Source: Okamejei kenojei (lineage: Eukaryota). From it: a stretch of DNA of 64,000 bases. Both the position numbers and the translations under genes were made by a program. Within the stretch, counting starts at the first letter, position 1. Every line of letters begins with the position of its first letter. The stretch covers positions 30,938,001 through 31,002,000 of the forward strand of contig CM069142.1 in NCBI GenBank assembly GCA_035221665.1, written 5' to 3'. The notes beneath the pieces were generated by a model, which was not told the DNA's origin, ran no database searches, and saw only the letters and a list, made by a program, of their open reading frames with translations. Positions 40,574 to 52,400 of the stretch are shown here, piece by piece.

Positions 40574-42154
40574 TTCTCTACATCGGCGAGACCAGGCGCA
40601 GGCTTGGCGATCGCTTCGCCCAACACCTCCGCTCAGATTGCACTAACCAACCTTATCTCCCGGTGGTTCAGTACTGCAACTCCGCCTCCCATTCCAAATC
40701 GGACCTTTCTGTCCTGGGCCTCCTCCATTGCCAGAGTGAGGCCCAGCGCAAATTGGAGGAACAGCACCTCATATTTCGCTTGGGTAGATTTCACCCCGGT
40801 GGTATGAACATTGACTTCTCTAATTTCAGATAGTCCTTGCTTTCTCCCTCCTTCCCCTCCACCTTCCCAATTCTCCCACAAGCCTACTGTGTTCGCCTCT
40901 TCCTTTCTTTTTCCAGCCCCCCCTCCCCCCAACATCAGTCTGAAGAAGGGTCTCGACCCGAAACATCGCCTATTCCTTCTCTCAATATATGCTGCCTCAC
41001 CCGCTGAGTTTCTACAATATTTTCTGGTATCTAGACTTACCCCCTTAGTCTGGTTTAGTCAACCACTAAGTCAAACTCTGGTTCCAAAACCTTACTTTAT
41101 TGAAGAACAAACTGCAGGGACGGTTGCTGATCCACCCACACAAGACAACAATATCTCATGCTAACAGAACAGAAGTCACATTCAACCGGCACACCCCAAA
41201 GAATGACACGCCCTCTTGTACCCCTCCAAACTAAGGGCGTGACATTACTTGGGGGAGGCAACCCCAACAAACCAATCAAATATATTAATTATAACAGTAC
41301 ATAATTGACAGTTCCCTAACCCAATAATACAGTGGCTACTCCATTGTATAAGAAAGAAAAAGCTCTGAAAGGAAGCAAACAAGAACAAACATTGAAATAT
41401 GTGTCCTGGGATTCAAACAGTTTCTCCAAGGCTCAACAGTTCGACCAATCATTGATTAACAGGATGACCGTCTTGCAACATTATTTACGGTTATTTACAA
41501 AGTCTATGTCTGGTTTGCAGCCATCCAGCCATTCTATGCATTTTGCACCTAATTGACAGGGTTTGCAGATGTTCTTATTCTTTGCTTGCAAATTGTATCT
41601 AAGCTCTAGATACACTGGCACCTCTTCGCAGCTTGTCCCAGCTCTGCAGAGAGCAATTCCAATTGACCAAATCTCCCAGCAGCCCTGATGCTTTAATCCC
41701 ATTTAGAAGTCCTAGCCTCTCCAGTTTAGCCAGGATTAACACGCTCAGTTTGCACTAACCAACCTGATCTCCCGGTGGCTCAGCACTTCAACTCTCCCTC
41801 CCATTCCGAATCTGATCTTTCTGTCCTGGGCCCCCTCCATTGCCAGAGTGAGGCCCAGCGCAAATTGGAGGAACAGCAGCTCATACTTCGCTTGGGTAGT
41901 TTGCACCCCAGCGGTATGAACATTGACTTCTCTAATTTCACATAATCCTTGCTTTCTCCCTCCTTCCCCTCCCCCTTCCCAATTCTCCCACAAGCCTACT
42001 GTCTCCGCCTCTTCCTTTCTTTTTCCACTCCCCCCCCCCCCCCCCCCCGACATCAGTCTGAAGAAGGCTCTCGACCCGAAACGTCGCCTATTCCTTCTCT
42101 CAATAGATGCTGCCTCACCCGCTTAGTTTCTCCAGCATTTTTGTCTACCTTTGA
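40574..42154 (+). mobile_element. Two Penelope 3' fragments (40574-41023 and 41741-42154) flanking an unrelated ~715-bp insert
   Basis: GIY-YIG C-terminal and pLTR sequences as at 5992. Confidence 0.85.
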
Positions 42155-42350
42155 TATGTATTCGATGAGTTTGTGTTTCTGCACGGTTAGTAGGATTTAC
42201 TATGGATATCCAAAGAGATTATGGATGTGACCCCAGAAAAAAAGTTTGATACCTTTGATATGTATTCGATGAGTTTGTGTTTCTGCACGGTTAGTAGGAT
42301 TTACTATGGATATCCAAAGAGATTATGGATGTGGATGTGACCCCAGAAAA
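42147..42350. repeat. ~100-bp tandem duplication
   Basis: tacctttgatatgtattcgatgag...ggatgtgaccccagaaaa occurs twice. Confidence 0.9.
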
Positions 42351-43498
42351 GTTTAATTTAAGTGAGCCTATCTTCTTTCTTGCTATTTTCATTTGTAAAG
42401 CCTGGAGTAACCTTGGATCCCTGCTTTCATTAAAGATAAGAGAAAGTTTTCATTTGTTTGACCTGCAGTACACATTGGAATAAGGGGTGCAAATATCATT
42501 TTGATGGGAGGAAATTTCATGTAAAAGGATTCTCCGTCTTGTGTGGAAGCAAGAAATGTTTTTGTATGTGCTTGAGTTCTGCTGCAGTGTAAACTTGTTC
42601 TGTACCCATAGTTTGTGCCTAACCTGCTAAGTATTCCTAACATTTTCTTTTTATTTCAGATTTCCAGCACCTGTCATTTTTATTTTTCACTTGCTGTGTA
42701 GTTGGTTTATATTTATTACCTGTGACTTCATTGATTCTAGCAAAGCATAACTCAAGAAGCCTAGATGGTAATGGGCTGCAGTAGAGTAAATAAGGAGGAC
42801 CATTTTTCTTAGCAGAGCGTAAGAGGATAGATGTGAATGATTTTCACTCATTGCTGAAAATATTTATAGAGATAGAAATGTTCAACATGTTGTAAAATTG
42901 CTTGTATGTGTGTTTTAAGTCCCTTAAGCGACACTGCAGACGAGCAGCTGGAAAATGGGAATTGGCTGACCAGTTCTATTCAATATGCATTGTCAAATTA
43001 AATACTTCCTTTGAAAGATGCTATTTTTTGTATCTACAAACAAATTGAATAAATATTATTAGGTTCACAATCAACTTTGTGATTGCTTGTGCAGACCATC
43101 TGCTACCATTGCAATGTTGCACTTATTGTAAACAAATGACACAGTTTTGGGAAGGTCTCTGTGGATAAAGGACTTAATATACTTCGACCTTCAGCTCCAT
43201 TCCTGCGAGTATGAGGACAATTGTTGATTTTAGAAATGATTTTGCATTGCCTGTTTGGCAAAGACAAATAATTTTTGGCACACAAATAATTGAAGAAAGA
43301 TTTTTTAAGTATAATTTTCACATCGTAAGGATGTTCCAAACTACTGAACTAGCAGCATGTTTTTCATTTGTGATTTTTTTTTCCCAAATTAAGATACTGT
43401 AAGTTTCCCTGCAATGATGTCTCACCTGTTTGCATGTTCAGCTGTAATTGTGTAATAACTTAGATAACTTTGTTCTTTTTAATATGTTTCTTCTGTAG

Positions 43499-43619
43499 AT
43501 AATGTCCTTGCATCCCCGATACATTTCCTTCCTCTGGCAAGTTGCAGATCTGGGCAGTAGCTTAAACATGCCACTTCTGAGAGATGGTGCTCGTGTCCTC
43601 ATGAAACTCATGCCTCCTG
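43499..43619 (+). CDS. USP9X: USP9X exon [40 protein letters not shown](D)
   Basis: ctgtag|ATA ... CCTG|gtaag; 121 nt. Confidence 0.96.
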
Positions 43620-43749
43620 GTAAGATGCCTTTATAATAAAGGGTAGAACAAGATTTTGTTGTCTAGTGACATTGGTTGTGAGTATTGCTGTTGAGCTTTC
43701 AGTAATTTAAACCCTGAAGTCAACTGGTAATCATTTCCAAAGGTGCAAC

Positions 43750-43920
43750 TGGGGTGTAGTGGTACAATTGCTGCCTTACAGTGCCAGAGACCTGGGTTTG
43801 ATCCTGACTACGGGTGCTGTCTATATGGTGTTTGTACGTTCTCCCCATAACCTGCGTGGATTTTCTCAGGGATCTCCAGCTTTTTTCCACACTCCAAAGA
43901 CATACAGGTTTGTAGGTTAA
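43750..43920 (+). mobile_element. 5' half of an HE1-like SINE split by the DIRS insertion
   Basis: Ends ...catacaggtttgtaggttaa and resumes at 52872. Confidence 0.85.
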
Positions 43921-44819
43921 TAGTAAGATTAAACGAGAACTTACCAGTTCGAAGTTTGATCGTTATTTTATGAGGAGTAACGATGAGGGATTACGTGAAG
44001 AACCCCGCCTGGCGCTGGAAACGGCATACTTCAAAGCAGCGGCATGAAAAACACAGAACACAAATAGCCGGAGTAAGATAGTAAGGCTCATCATAGATTT
44101 AGACCTACCAGATGATCATTTATTTTATGAGGGTGGGGAGTGGAGGGCACGTAATCCCTCATCGTTACTCCTCATAAAATAACGATCAAACTTCGAACTG
44201 GTAAGTTCTCGTTTAATCTTACTATTTTACTTCGGAGTCACGTGAGTGACTACGTGAAGAGTTTGAAAGCTTTCTGTGTTTTTCGTGTCGTAGAATTTAT
44301 TCCATACGACAGTACGGCTCATTTAACACCAATAATGAGCGAATAACACATTTTCCCCAAACATTGCCTCAAGTTATGTGATAAATTATTTCACATTATA
44401 AAAAATGAAAATAATGCCCTTTCCATTGAAAGGCAAGTTTATCACAAATACCAATTGATATATATATTTTTATGGCATGACAAAGCAACAATTATAGAGA
44501 ACCGAACATTGCGTGTCTAAATCTGACACCATGACTGGTTCCTTTTTACTTTAACAGTAATCTACAGCCTCCTGCGGCCTTGCATCTTTGCTCGAGTGGC
44601 TCATCCTGTGCCATTCCTGTGAATGTATTTTCCTCATTAACAGAGTGATTTTTCCACCTTTCAGTGTCTAGTTCCTACTGAATGTATCCAATTTTTAACC
44701 ATCTAGAAATACATTCCTCTATAACTATCAGTTTTTACTGAACCCAATGTGGTTTTTGTGTGTAATAAGCAGTCTCATTGCCACAGAGACTCTTACCTAC
44801 TGCAACATTTTCATCAATG

Positions 44820-44821
<2 letters not shown>

Positions 44822-44866
<45 letters not shown>
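44822..44866. repeat. (CA)n microsatellite
   Basis: Direct reading. Confidence 0.95.
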
Positions 44867-44868
<2 letters not shown>

Positions 44869-45138
44869 CTTAAAGCCAGCAGGATATGCTTATAGTTTAC
44901 CTTCGTTTCAGGTCTTCTTGGTGTGCTTTGTTTGGTAGATTCATAAACATATATGATAATGCAATTTGTATCCACATGCAATTATAACGTAACATTTGCA
45001 ATGTTTGCACTCTTATATTGATACTAAAGTTATCAGAATTATTATTTTCAATGTTCAAGTTTTTTGAATCATAGATAGAGTTAGAGTCCATTTTCTTAAG
45101 GCATTTCAAGATTATTTATCTCCTGCCTTTATATTTTT

Positions 45139-45276
45139 NNNNNNNNNNNNNNNNNNNNNNNNNNNNNNNNNNNNNNNNNNNNNNNNNNNNNNNNNNNNNN
45201 NNNNNNNNNNNNNNNNNNNNNNNNNNNNNNNNNNNNNNNNNNNNNNNNNNNNNNNNNNNNNNNNNNNNNNNNNNNN
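45139..45276. other. Assembly gap (left boundary of the CACNG block)
   Basis: N run. Confidence 1.
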
Positions 45277-45300
45277 ATTTGGGCGGAATTCTTCCGATTT

Positions 45301-45454
45301 TTCCATCCCAATTCCGAATTCCGATTTTTTGTCTCAATATTCCGAGAAAAAAAATCGGAAAAAAAAAAACACACAGAAACTTTCTATGTGTTTTTTTTTT
45401 CCGATTTTTTTTTCTCGGAATATTGAGACAAAAAAAATCGGAATTGGGATGGAA
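45301..45454. repeat. ~155-bp palindrome (MITE-like hairpin)
   Basis: ttccatcccaattccg...gtctcaatattccgagaaa / tttctcggaatattgagac...cggaattgggatggaa. Confidence 0.85.
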
Positions 45455-45842
45455 CGGGCTGGAGCGTCTAGACTCAGAAGCGCAGGGGGAGAAGTAGGTG
45501 CGAGTCAGGTGGGCACCGGGGAGGAGGGTGGAGAGGGGGAAATCAACGATCATCCCGTGGGGTAGTAAGCCAAATACGTTCATTATCACTTCGGGGGCAG
45601 GGAGAGATGGTCCGGTCCGGCCCAGACGGGCAACACTCACCGGTCACCTCACCTCAGCGCCGCCGCCGCCGGGACTGTCAGCCCGGTGAGTGACCGCGAG
45701 CGCGTCAGGTCGGGTCGGGGCCAGCCCGTTCCCGCCTCACCAACACCGACACAGCCGCCGAGGCACCCAGCTGCTCAGTGCTCGGGCGGGTAACGGAGCA
45801 GAGCAGGGCCGGCTGGCTGGCTGGCTGGCTCCCGGGCCGGGC

Positions 45843-46056
45843 ATGGGGGGCGGCGTGGAGCGCGGCGTGCAGATGTTGCTGACCACGGTAGGGGCGTTCG
45901 GTGCCTTCAGCTTGATGACCATCGCCGTGGGCACCGACTACTGGCTGTACTCGCGGGGCGTGTGCCGGAGTAAGGGCGGCGGGGACAACGACACGGTCCA
46001 CAAGAACGAGGAGGTGATGACCCACTCGGGGCTCTGGAGGACCTGCTGTCTGGAAG
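45843..46056 (+). CDS. CACNG2: First coding exon of a type-I TARP / calcium-channel gamma subunit (CACNG2/stargazin-like; CACNG3 not excluded)
   Basis: [41 protein letters not shown]...[18 protein letters not shown](G), then a phase-1 donor G|gtagg; GC-rich upstream; no further exons seen. Confidence 0.8.
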
Positions 46057-46152
46057 GTAGGTGGCGGCGGAGCCCGTTCCCCTGGATCCTTGGCCTGGCC
46101 CGGGCTACCTGACAGTCCCTTCGGCCCACACATCGGGACCCCCCGCACGTCT

Positions 46153-46524
46153 CCCGGGACCCCGACCCTCCACTCCCCGGGGCCCCGACCCTCCACTCCC
46201 CGGGGCCCCGACCCTCCACTCCCCGGGGCCACGACCCCCACTCCCCGGGGCCCCGACCCTCCACTCCCCGGGGCCCCCGACCCTCCACTCCCCGGGGCCC
46301 CGACCCTCCACTCCCTGGGGCCCCGACCCTCCACTCCCCGGGGCCCCGACCCTCCACTCCCCGGGGCCCCGACCCTCCACTCCCCGGGGCCCCGACCCTC
46401 CACTCCCCGGGGCCCCGACCCTCCACTCCCCGGGGACCCCGACCCTCCACTCCCCGGGCCCCGACCCTCCACTCCCCGGGGCCCCGACCCTCCACTCCCG
46501 GGGCCCCGACCCTCCACTCCCCGG
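46153..46524. repeat. 23-bp GC-rich minisatellite, about 16 copies (ggggccccgaccctccactcccc)
   Basis: Period of 23 seen at 46164/46187/46210; accounts for the GSGGSG and PGAP ORFs. Confidence 0.93.
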
Positions 46525-47781
46525 GAACTCTGGACGTCCTCTCCTCCCCCTCCCACCCCCCAGGGACCCCCGGCCCTTCTCCCATCTGAGCCCCGCCATC
46601 TCCCCCTGTGTCTTCCGTTCCAGCCCCTCCAAATCCCTGCCCCATGCGCGGTTCCCATGTATTCCGATACCCAGAATAAACACAGTTATAACGGGGCAAC
46701 TGTCCTCCAAGAGCAGAATAAACACCCCAGTCCAAGGACAAACGCACTGGTAGCCGTGTCGGGAGAAGCGATACCTTGCTGGCGTGTTAACCCCCGTTGA
46801 AGCGCCTCTCGCACCTCTCACAGCGAGTAGCACCAACACAGCATTGTAACGCGGGAAATACTTCCCCAGCAGCAGCTGAAATCTCCACCCTGCTCTTTGA
46901 CACATCTCCGGAATTGTTGTGACCTTTCTGGCAAATATACAAACAAGGGGGGGTTCTCATTGTTAACTGTCAGAGCGCAGCAGGGGGAAGTAAGCGGTAG
47001 ATGAATAATAATCAGAACATGAAAACATAAGATGCCCACATCTCTCCCTCCTCCCTCCCCCCCCCCCCCCCCCCACCCCAACCCCCGGGCTTTACCATTC
47101 AAGAGAACACGATTGAAAGTACCACTGCCCTGTACTAAAACCCACTTGCTTTGACATGCTTATGCAAACATCAATTGATCGCTCTCGCGAATATGTTCTG
47201 CGCTCAAGTCCCTGCATCTCAAATTTCCAAAGATTCACTTCTGTTCGGGAAGAAGAAATGCCTTGCCACTGCCGACCGCATTCCCACGGCTCACACGCTA
47301 ACCCTGTTTGTGAGTACCCAGCCGCAGCACCATCAACGTGGCTCCTCTCCCAACCAGCTGTGCAATCTAGTGTGTTTCAATGTGATCACTCCATTCTTCT
47401 GAACACCAGAAAGCTTGGAGTTCGCTGTAACATGACTAAACAGAACAAGCCGTCAGTGAGAATCAATTTTTAAAAGGGACTTTCAGCTTCCAGACAAAAA
47501 TGGACAAATTATTTTTGGTCTGTATTGCCATGAAATACATCATTTTGAAACGTGTCACTCGGGCATGAGCCAGGAATGTGAAGGGTTTTAGTGGGAAGTA
47601 TCATCATATGGTTAAAAAAAAGAAAATGTTTTTTTTAAAAAGTAAAACGAGACAGATGCTGGGAATCTGAAATAAAACAAAAAATGCTAGAAGATCAGAC
47701 AACATCTGATCAGACAGGGAGTTAATGTTTCAGTTTGGTGCTTTTCCATCCAGAAACGAGAACGTTAGAAAGAGATCCCGT

Positions 47782-48098
47782 CAGCGGTGGAGTTGCTGCC
47801 TCAGCGCCAGAGACCGGGGTTCGCTCATGAATACGGGCGCGGTCTGTACGGAGTTTGTACGTTCTCCCCTGTGACCGCTTGGGTTTTCTCAGAGTGCTCC
47901 AGTTTCCTCCCACATTCCAAGGTCGTGCAGGTTTGCAGGTTAATTGGCTTCTGTAAATTGTCCCTAGGTGCAGGTTAATTGGCTTCTGTAAATTGTCCCT
48001 AGGATGTAGCACAGAACTAGTGGACAGGGGGGTAGTTGATTGGCACGGAGTCGCTGGGCCGAAGGGCCTGTTTCTACGCTGTATCTCGAAAACTAAAA
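47782..48098 (+). mobile_element. HE1-like SINE with an internal ~35-bp duplication
   Basis: SINE head and core; gcaggttaattggcttctgtaaattgtccctagg occurs twice. Confidence 0.8.
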
Positions 48099-48505
48099 TG
48101 AAAACATGTTTTAAGATGCAGAACATGGGTGGAGAGAAGATGGTGAAGGTCTTGACATCAGAAATAAAACAGAAAATGCTGAAAATGCTCAGCAGGTCAG
48201 GCAGCATCTGTAAAATGAAAGAAATAGTTCATAGTGAGACACAAGTAGCTGTAGATGCTGGAATCATGAGGAGAAAAAAACAAAGTGCTGGAGGATAGAC
48301 ACAAAATACTGGAGTAGCTCAGTGGGTCGAGCAGCATCTCTGGAGAAAATGGATAGGTGACGTTTTGGGTTGGGACCTTTCTTCAGACTGATTTTGTGAG
48401 GGCTTTGGCTGGAAGCGAGGGAAATTCAGGACGTATCAGGGCAGCAACAGATGACCTCAAGCAGGGAGGTTTCCTGATAGGCTGATTGTTGGCTAGGAAC
48501 AGTGA

Positions 48506-48857
48506 GCTAGATGCAGGAAGATTGTTCCCGATGTTGGGGAAGTCCAGGACAAGGGGTCACAGCTTAAGGATAAGGGGGAAATCCTTTAAGACCAAGATGA
48601 GAAAGACTTTTTTCACACAGAGAGTGGTGAGTCTCTGGAACTCTCTGCCACAGAGGGTAGTTGAGGCCAGTTCATTGGCTATATTTAAGAGTGAGTTGGA
48701 TGTGGCCCTTGTGGCTAAGGGGATCAGAGGGTATGGAGAGAAGGCAGGTACGGGATACTGAGTTGGATGATCAGCCATGATCATATTGAATGGCGGTGCA
48801 GGCTCGAAGGGCTGAATGGCCTACTCCTGGACCTAATTTCTATGTTTCTATGTTTCT
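48506..48857 (+). mobile_element. CR1 3' fragment nearly identical to 3063-3410
   Basis: ORF 48486..48761 differs from ORF 2815..3318 by about 2 residues over the shared part. Confidence 0.9.
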
Positions 48858-48906
48858 ACTCACAAACTGAGAGTTGACGAAGAAACTGCAGATGCTGGAG
48901 AATCGA

Positions 48907-49094
48907 GGGTTACACAAAATGCTGGAGAAACTCAGCGGGTGCAGCAGCATCTAAGGAGCGAAGGAGATAGGCGACGTTTTGGGTCGAGACCCTTCTTCAG
49001 ACTGAGAAGGGTCTCGACCCGAAACGTCGCCTATCTCCTTCGCTCCTTAGATGCTGCTGCACCCGCTGAGTTTCTCCAGCATTTTGTGTAACCC
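48907..49094. repeat. Near-perfect inverted pair of Penelope pLTR ends
   Basis: gggttacacaaaatgctgg...gggtcgagacccttct / agaagggtctcgaccc...ccagcattttgtgtaaccc. Confidence 0.88.
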
Positions 49095-49097
49095 CCC

Positions 49098-49228
49098 TGA
49101 GGTCACTTTCCCGCCCTCACTGACGTCACGTACCCCGCCCCTTACTGACGTCACCTGCCCCGCCCCTTACTGACGTCACCTGCCCCGCCCCCTTACTGAC
49201 GTCACGTGCCCCGCCCTCACTGACGTCA
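49098..49228. promoter_or_regulatory. Tandem array of five perfect CRE palindromes (TGACGTCA) alternating with GC boxes
   Basis: CRE at 49121, 49146, 49171, 49197 and 49221; ccccgccc between them; function untested. Confidence 0.5.
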
Positions 49229-49257
49229 GACTAATAGGATTCCGATTTTTCAATCTC

Positions 49258-49420
49258 NNNNNNNNNNNNNNNNNNNNNNNNNNNNNNNNNNNNNNNNNNN
49301 NNNNNNNNNNNNNNNNNNNNNNNNNNNNNNNNNNNNNNNNNNNNNNNNNNNNNNNNNNNNNNNNNNNNNNNNNNNNNNNNNNNNNNNNNNNNNNNNNNNN
49401 NNNNNNNNNNNNNNNNNNNN
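49258..49420. other. Assembly gap (right boundary of the CACNG block)
   Basis: N run. Confidence 1.
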
Positions 49421-52400
49421 CCTTTCCATATTGGGATATTATGAATGCATCTGATAACTTCTTGGTTAATATATTGTCCGTTTATAAGACGGTAACATTC
49501 TGAGCCCTATTATTGGCTCTATCAATTAGATACTTAGAAAATGCAATCCACAAGGAATTCACATATATCCAATATGATAAAATAACTATACTGTATATAC
49601 AGACCTCCAATTTCTTATAACAAAATATTGTTTTTTAGACTTATTTCTGCAAATTGCAGGTATAACACTTCTTTATACATAATTATTTTATTGATATATT
49701 GTTATATTGGTTAACATTCAAAAACTTCTTTGACCATCAGCTGTTGTGATGGTCTGGTCAACCTGTAGATAGTAAAATTCATATTTCCATGTCATGGAGG
49801 TTTTTTGTACAACAATAAATTACTGCAGGGTTTCTCAAACCTGGAGATCCCAGTGGGTGCAGCAGCATCCAAAGAGCGAAGGGAGACAGGCAACGACCTA
49901 GGTCGAGACCCCTTTTTTGACTTCAAAAAATTGCTGCCACTTTGAATCATCACTAGCAGTTCAAATCACACAATATTTATGAAACCATAAAGGACCCGTA
50001 TTAGGCCACCAAAATGCCTCTCGCAGTGTCCTGCTACATTTTCATCAGACACTGCCCTATAAACAAAAATGAGGAACACAAAGAAATCTTTTCCTCATGT
50101 AATTGGGAGAAAAGCATCCACCTTCACTGTTCTTGGTTTACCCACAAGAAATATTCGAAAGATCGGTGATTTAATCTGTATGTAATCAGATTAATCGTAA
50201 GTAATCCATATTAATGACAATATGTTTTTTTTTTTTTCCTCCCAAATTTGTTATCTTCCGATACCATTGTCTCTTCCTTAGAGATAAACAGGTGGACTAA
50301 ACTTTAAAATATGCCACATCTGTTTACTTAGATAATCCCATGATTGTTATTTGACTTATCTTGTGACCCACAAGAACCATTTGAAAGATCAGTGATTTAA
50401 TCTGTATACAACCAGATTAATCGCAAGTAATGCAAAATAATGACAATATGTTTTTCTCCCAAATTTGACCATTGTTAACATATGCCACAGCCGTGGTATT
50501 GTTCATCTTGATACGACATGGACAGTTCCATAATAAAACAATCGATCTTTTTAATCCATAACTCCTTATACTTCAACAATTAATACGAATGTTTGGAAAA
50601 TTTCTTAGGACAAACCATTTATGTTCGCCTGGTATTATTGTCTGCAGTCCGAACAAGAGACATATCAATTATTGTTATAAGAATAGATAATATTCTTATC
50701 TTTACCCAAACATTCACAGAAGCTGTACATCATCTGCAACACTTGCTTCAGTTTGCAACAGCTGTTAATCTTATAGTTGAAGCAGCTTATGAACCTTTTT
50801 TACATTACTTTAATAATGATAGCGTATCATTTGATATTTTGCATCAGCCTCTTCACAAGGCATCCATATTCTTATAAACTTCTGTATTCCTTCTTTTGGA
50901 ACTTTATTTATTTTTTACCTAATCCTAATGGAGGGACAAAGTATGTCGACAACAATTAGACATATTTGTATCATGGAACAATTTTCCCCCTCTCTTATGG
51001 TGCTTGAATTACTTCTGAATTCAGAATAGTAATTTATAAATATTTTATTAATGCCTGAGCATATGCTTTATGTAATGGGTCAGGTCCTTACCTCCCACCA
51101 GGTTTGTAATGGCAGGCACTAATTTGCAGCTGCTCTTATCTCTTCCAATTTAAATGTAATCGAGATAACCCATGACCATGACCTCCCACTTTAATTAATT
51201 TCAAGCACCTGAATATTGATTAACACTTTGTTAATCACAACAGTTTTTCCATGTTCTAGATGTTTCCATTTTCTTACACTGTGAAAGTGTAAATATAATG
51301 ATGTTTTGTATGGTTTATACCATGAAATCTTTACACTGAGGTAATTTTATAATATACATGTACGTACCCTTCTTATTAAATTACTTTTGAGTGCAAACCT
51401 GAAATCAATTTTTAAAAGTTTTCTTATACAGGTGAACCAATCCTTCCTTAGATATATTGGTTAATAATCATAATACACCTGTAATCCCCCATAATTGGAG
51501 ATTTCATGGACTTATTTTGTAACCAGATGTTTGCACCTTTTCAACGTACTTCAAGCCTTCTTTCCCCCAATTATATAGGTTTAGATAAGGCTATGTTTGG
51601 ATTATACCACTTCTGCCTTTGTTTTGATCCATTATCAAATCTTTCATTGGATCATAGTTTTTTCACCGCAAGTTAAAAAAGATCTTTGCCTTTGTTTTGA
51701 TCCATTATCAAAATTTTTCATTGGATCACAGTTTTTCTCCCCAAAGTTTAAAGATCAGTAGTCTTTTGTAATTAATATCTTTGATTCATCATAAGGCAGG
51801 TTTATTCTATAATAATCAGGAGTTTAATATCCTGATTTGTATTGATCTGCGAACCTATAGTGCAGATTTGGTAAATTATATATATTTCTTCCTATTGAGC
51901 TCCACAACTGATGGCAATTTATTTTATTTTGAAAGTATTACTTATTTGCACCATTTTGAAATACTTTGAAATTGTATTTCTTATATCTCATATTATTTGA
52001 GACATGGATATTTATAAACGGATTTACCGTTGATATTTTAATAAAACATAAAAGTTTTATCGTATTCTTGAAGTTGGTGAGATACCATATAATTAATGTT
52101 GGCAGCTAGGTTTTCTTCCATAGCCTCACCACTTCTTTTAGATAAAGCAAAATCTTTTGCTATCTCAGGCACATCTGGCCTCACTTTTTTATTTGTGGTT
52201 TGCATTCATAATTCACATCACCACTTGCAGGGTCTGTCTTTTGCAGCCCTGATCCACTTGGAATTATATCCAAAGAGACTTCCTCCACCCTAATCCAGGG
52301 TTCAATTCTCAATTTGGCACACAGCCATATTTTGTATATTTAAGCCCCTCAGGATCTTTTTTGGGTTGTTTGGGTACTGTGACCCTTGTCTCTTTTTATA

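Noticed and set aside
44270-45138. Expected tyrosine-recombinase ORF of the DIRS element
   Set aside because: Only vague fragments (HSSK, KFYD) were seen; not enough to call.
46153-46524. Possible CRISPR-like array (also 49098-49228)
   Set aside because: Units are contiguous with no unique spacers; vertebrate context; no cas genes.
45705-46905. Long overlapping ORFs (230-317 aa) with GSGGSG and PGAP repeats
   Set aside because: Produced by the stop-free 23-bp GC minisatellite.
50593-50877. + strand ORF with an RT-like IDNILI stretch
   Set aside because: The better RT and RNase H remnants are on the minus strand in the correct order and spacing; this resemblance is probably chance.
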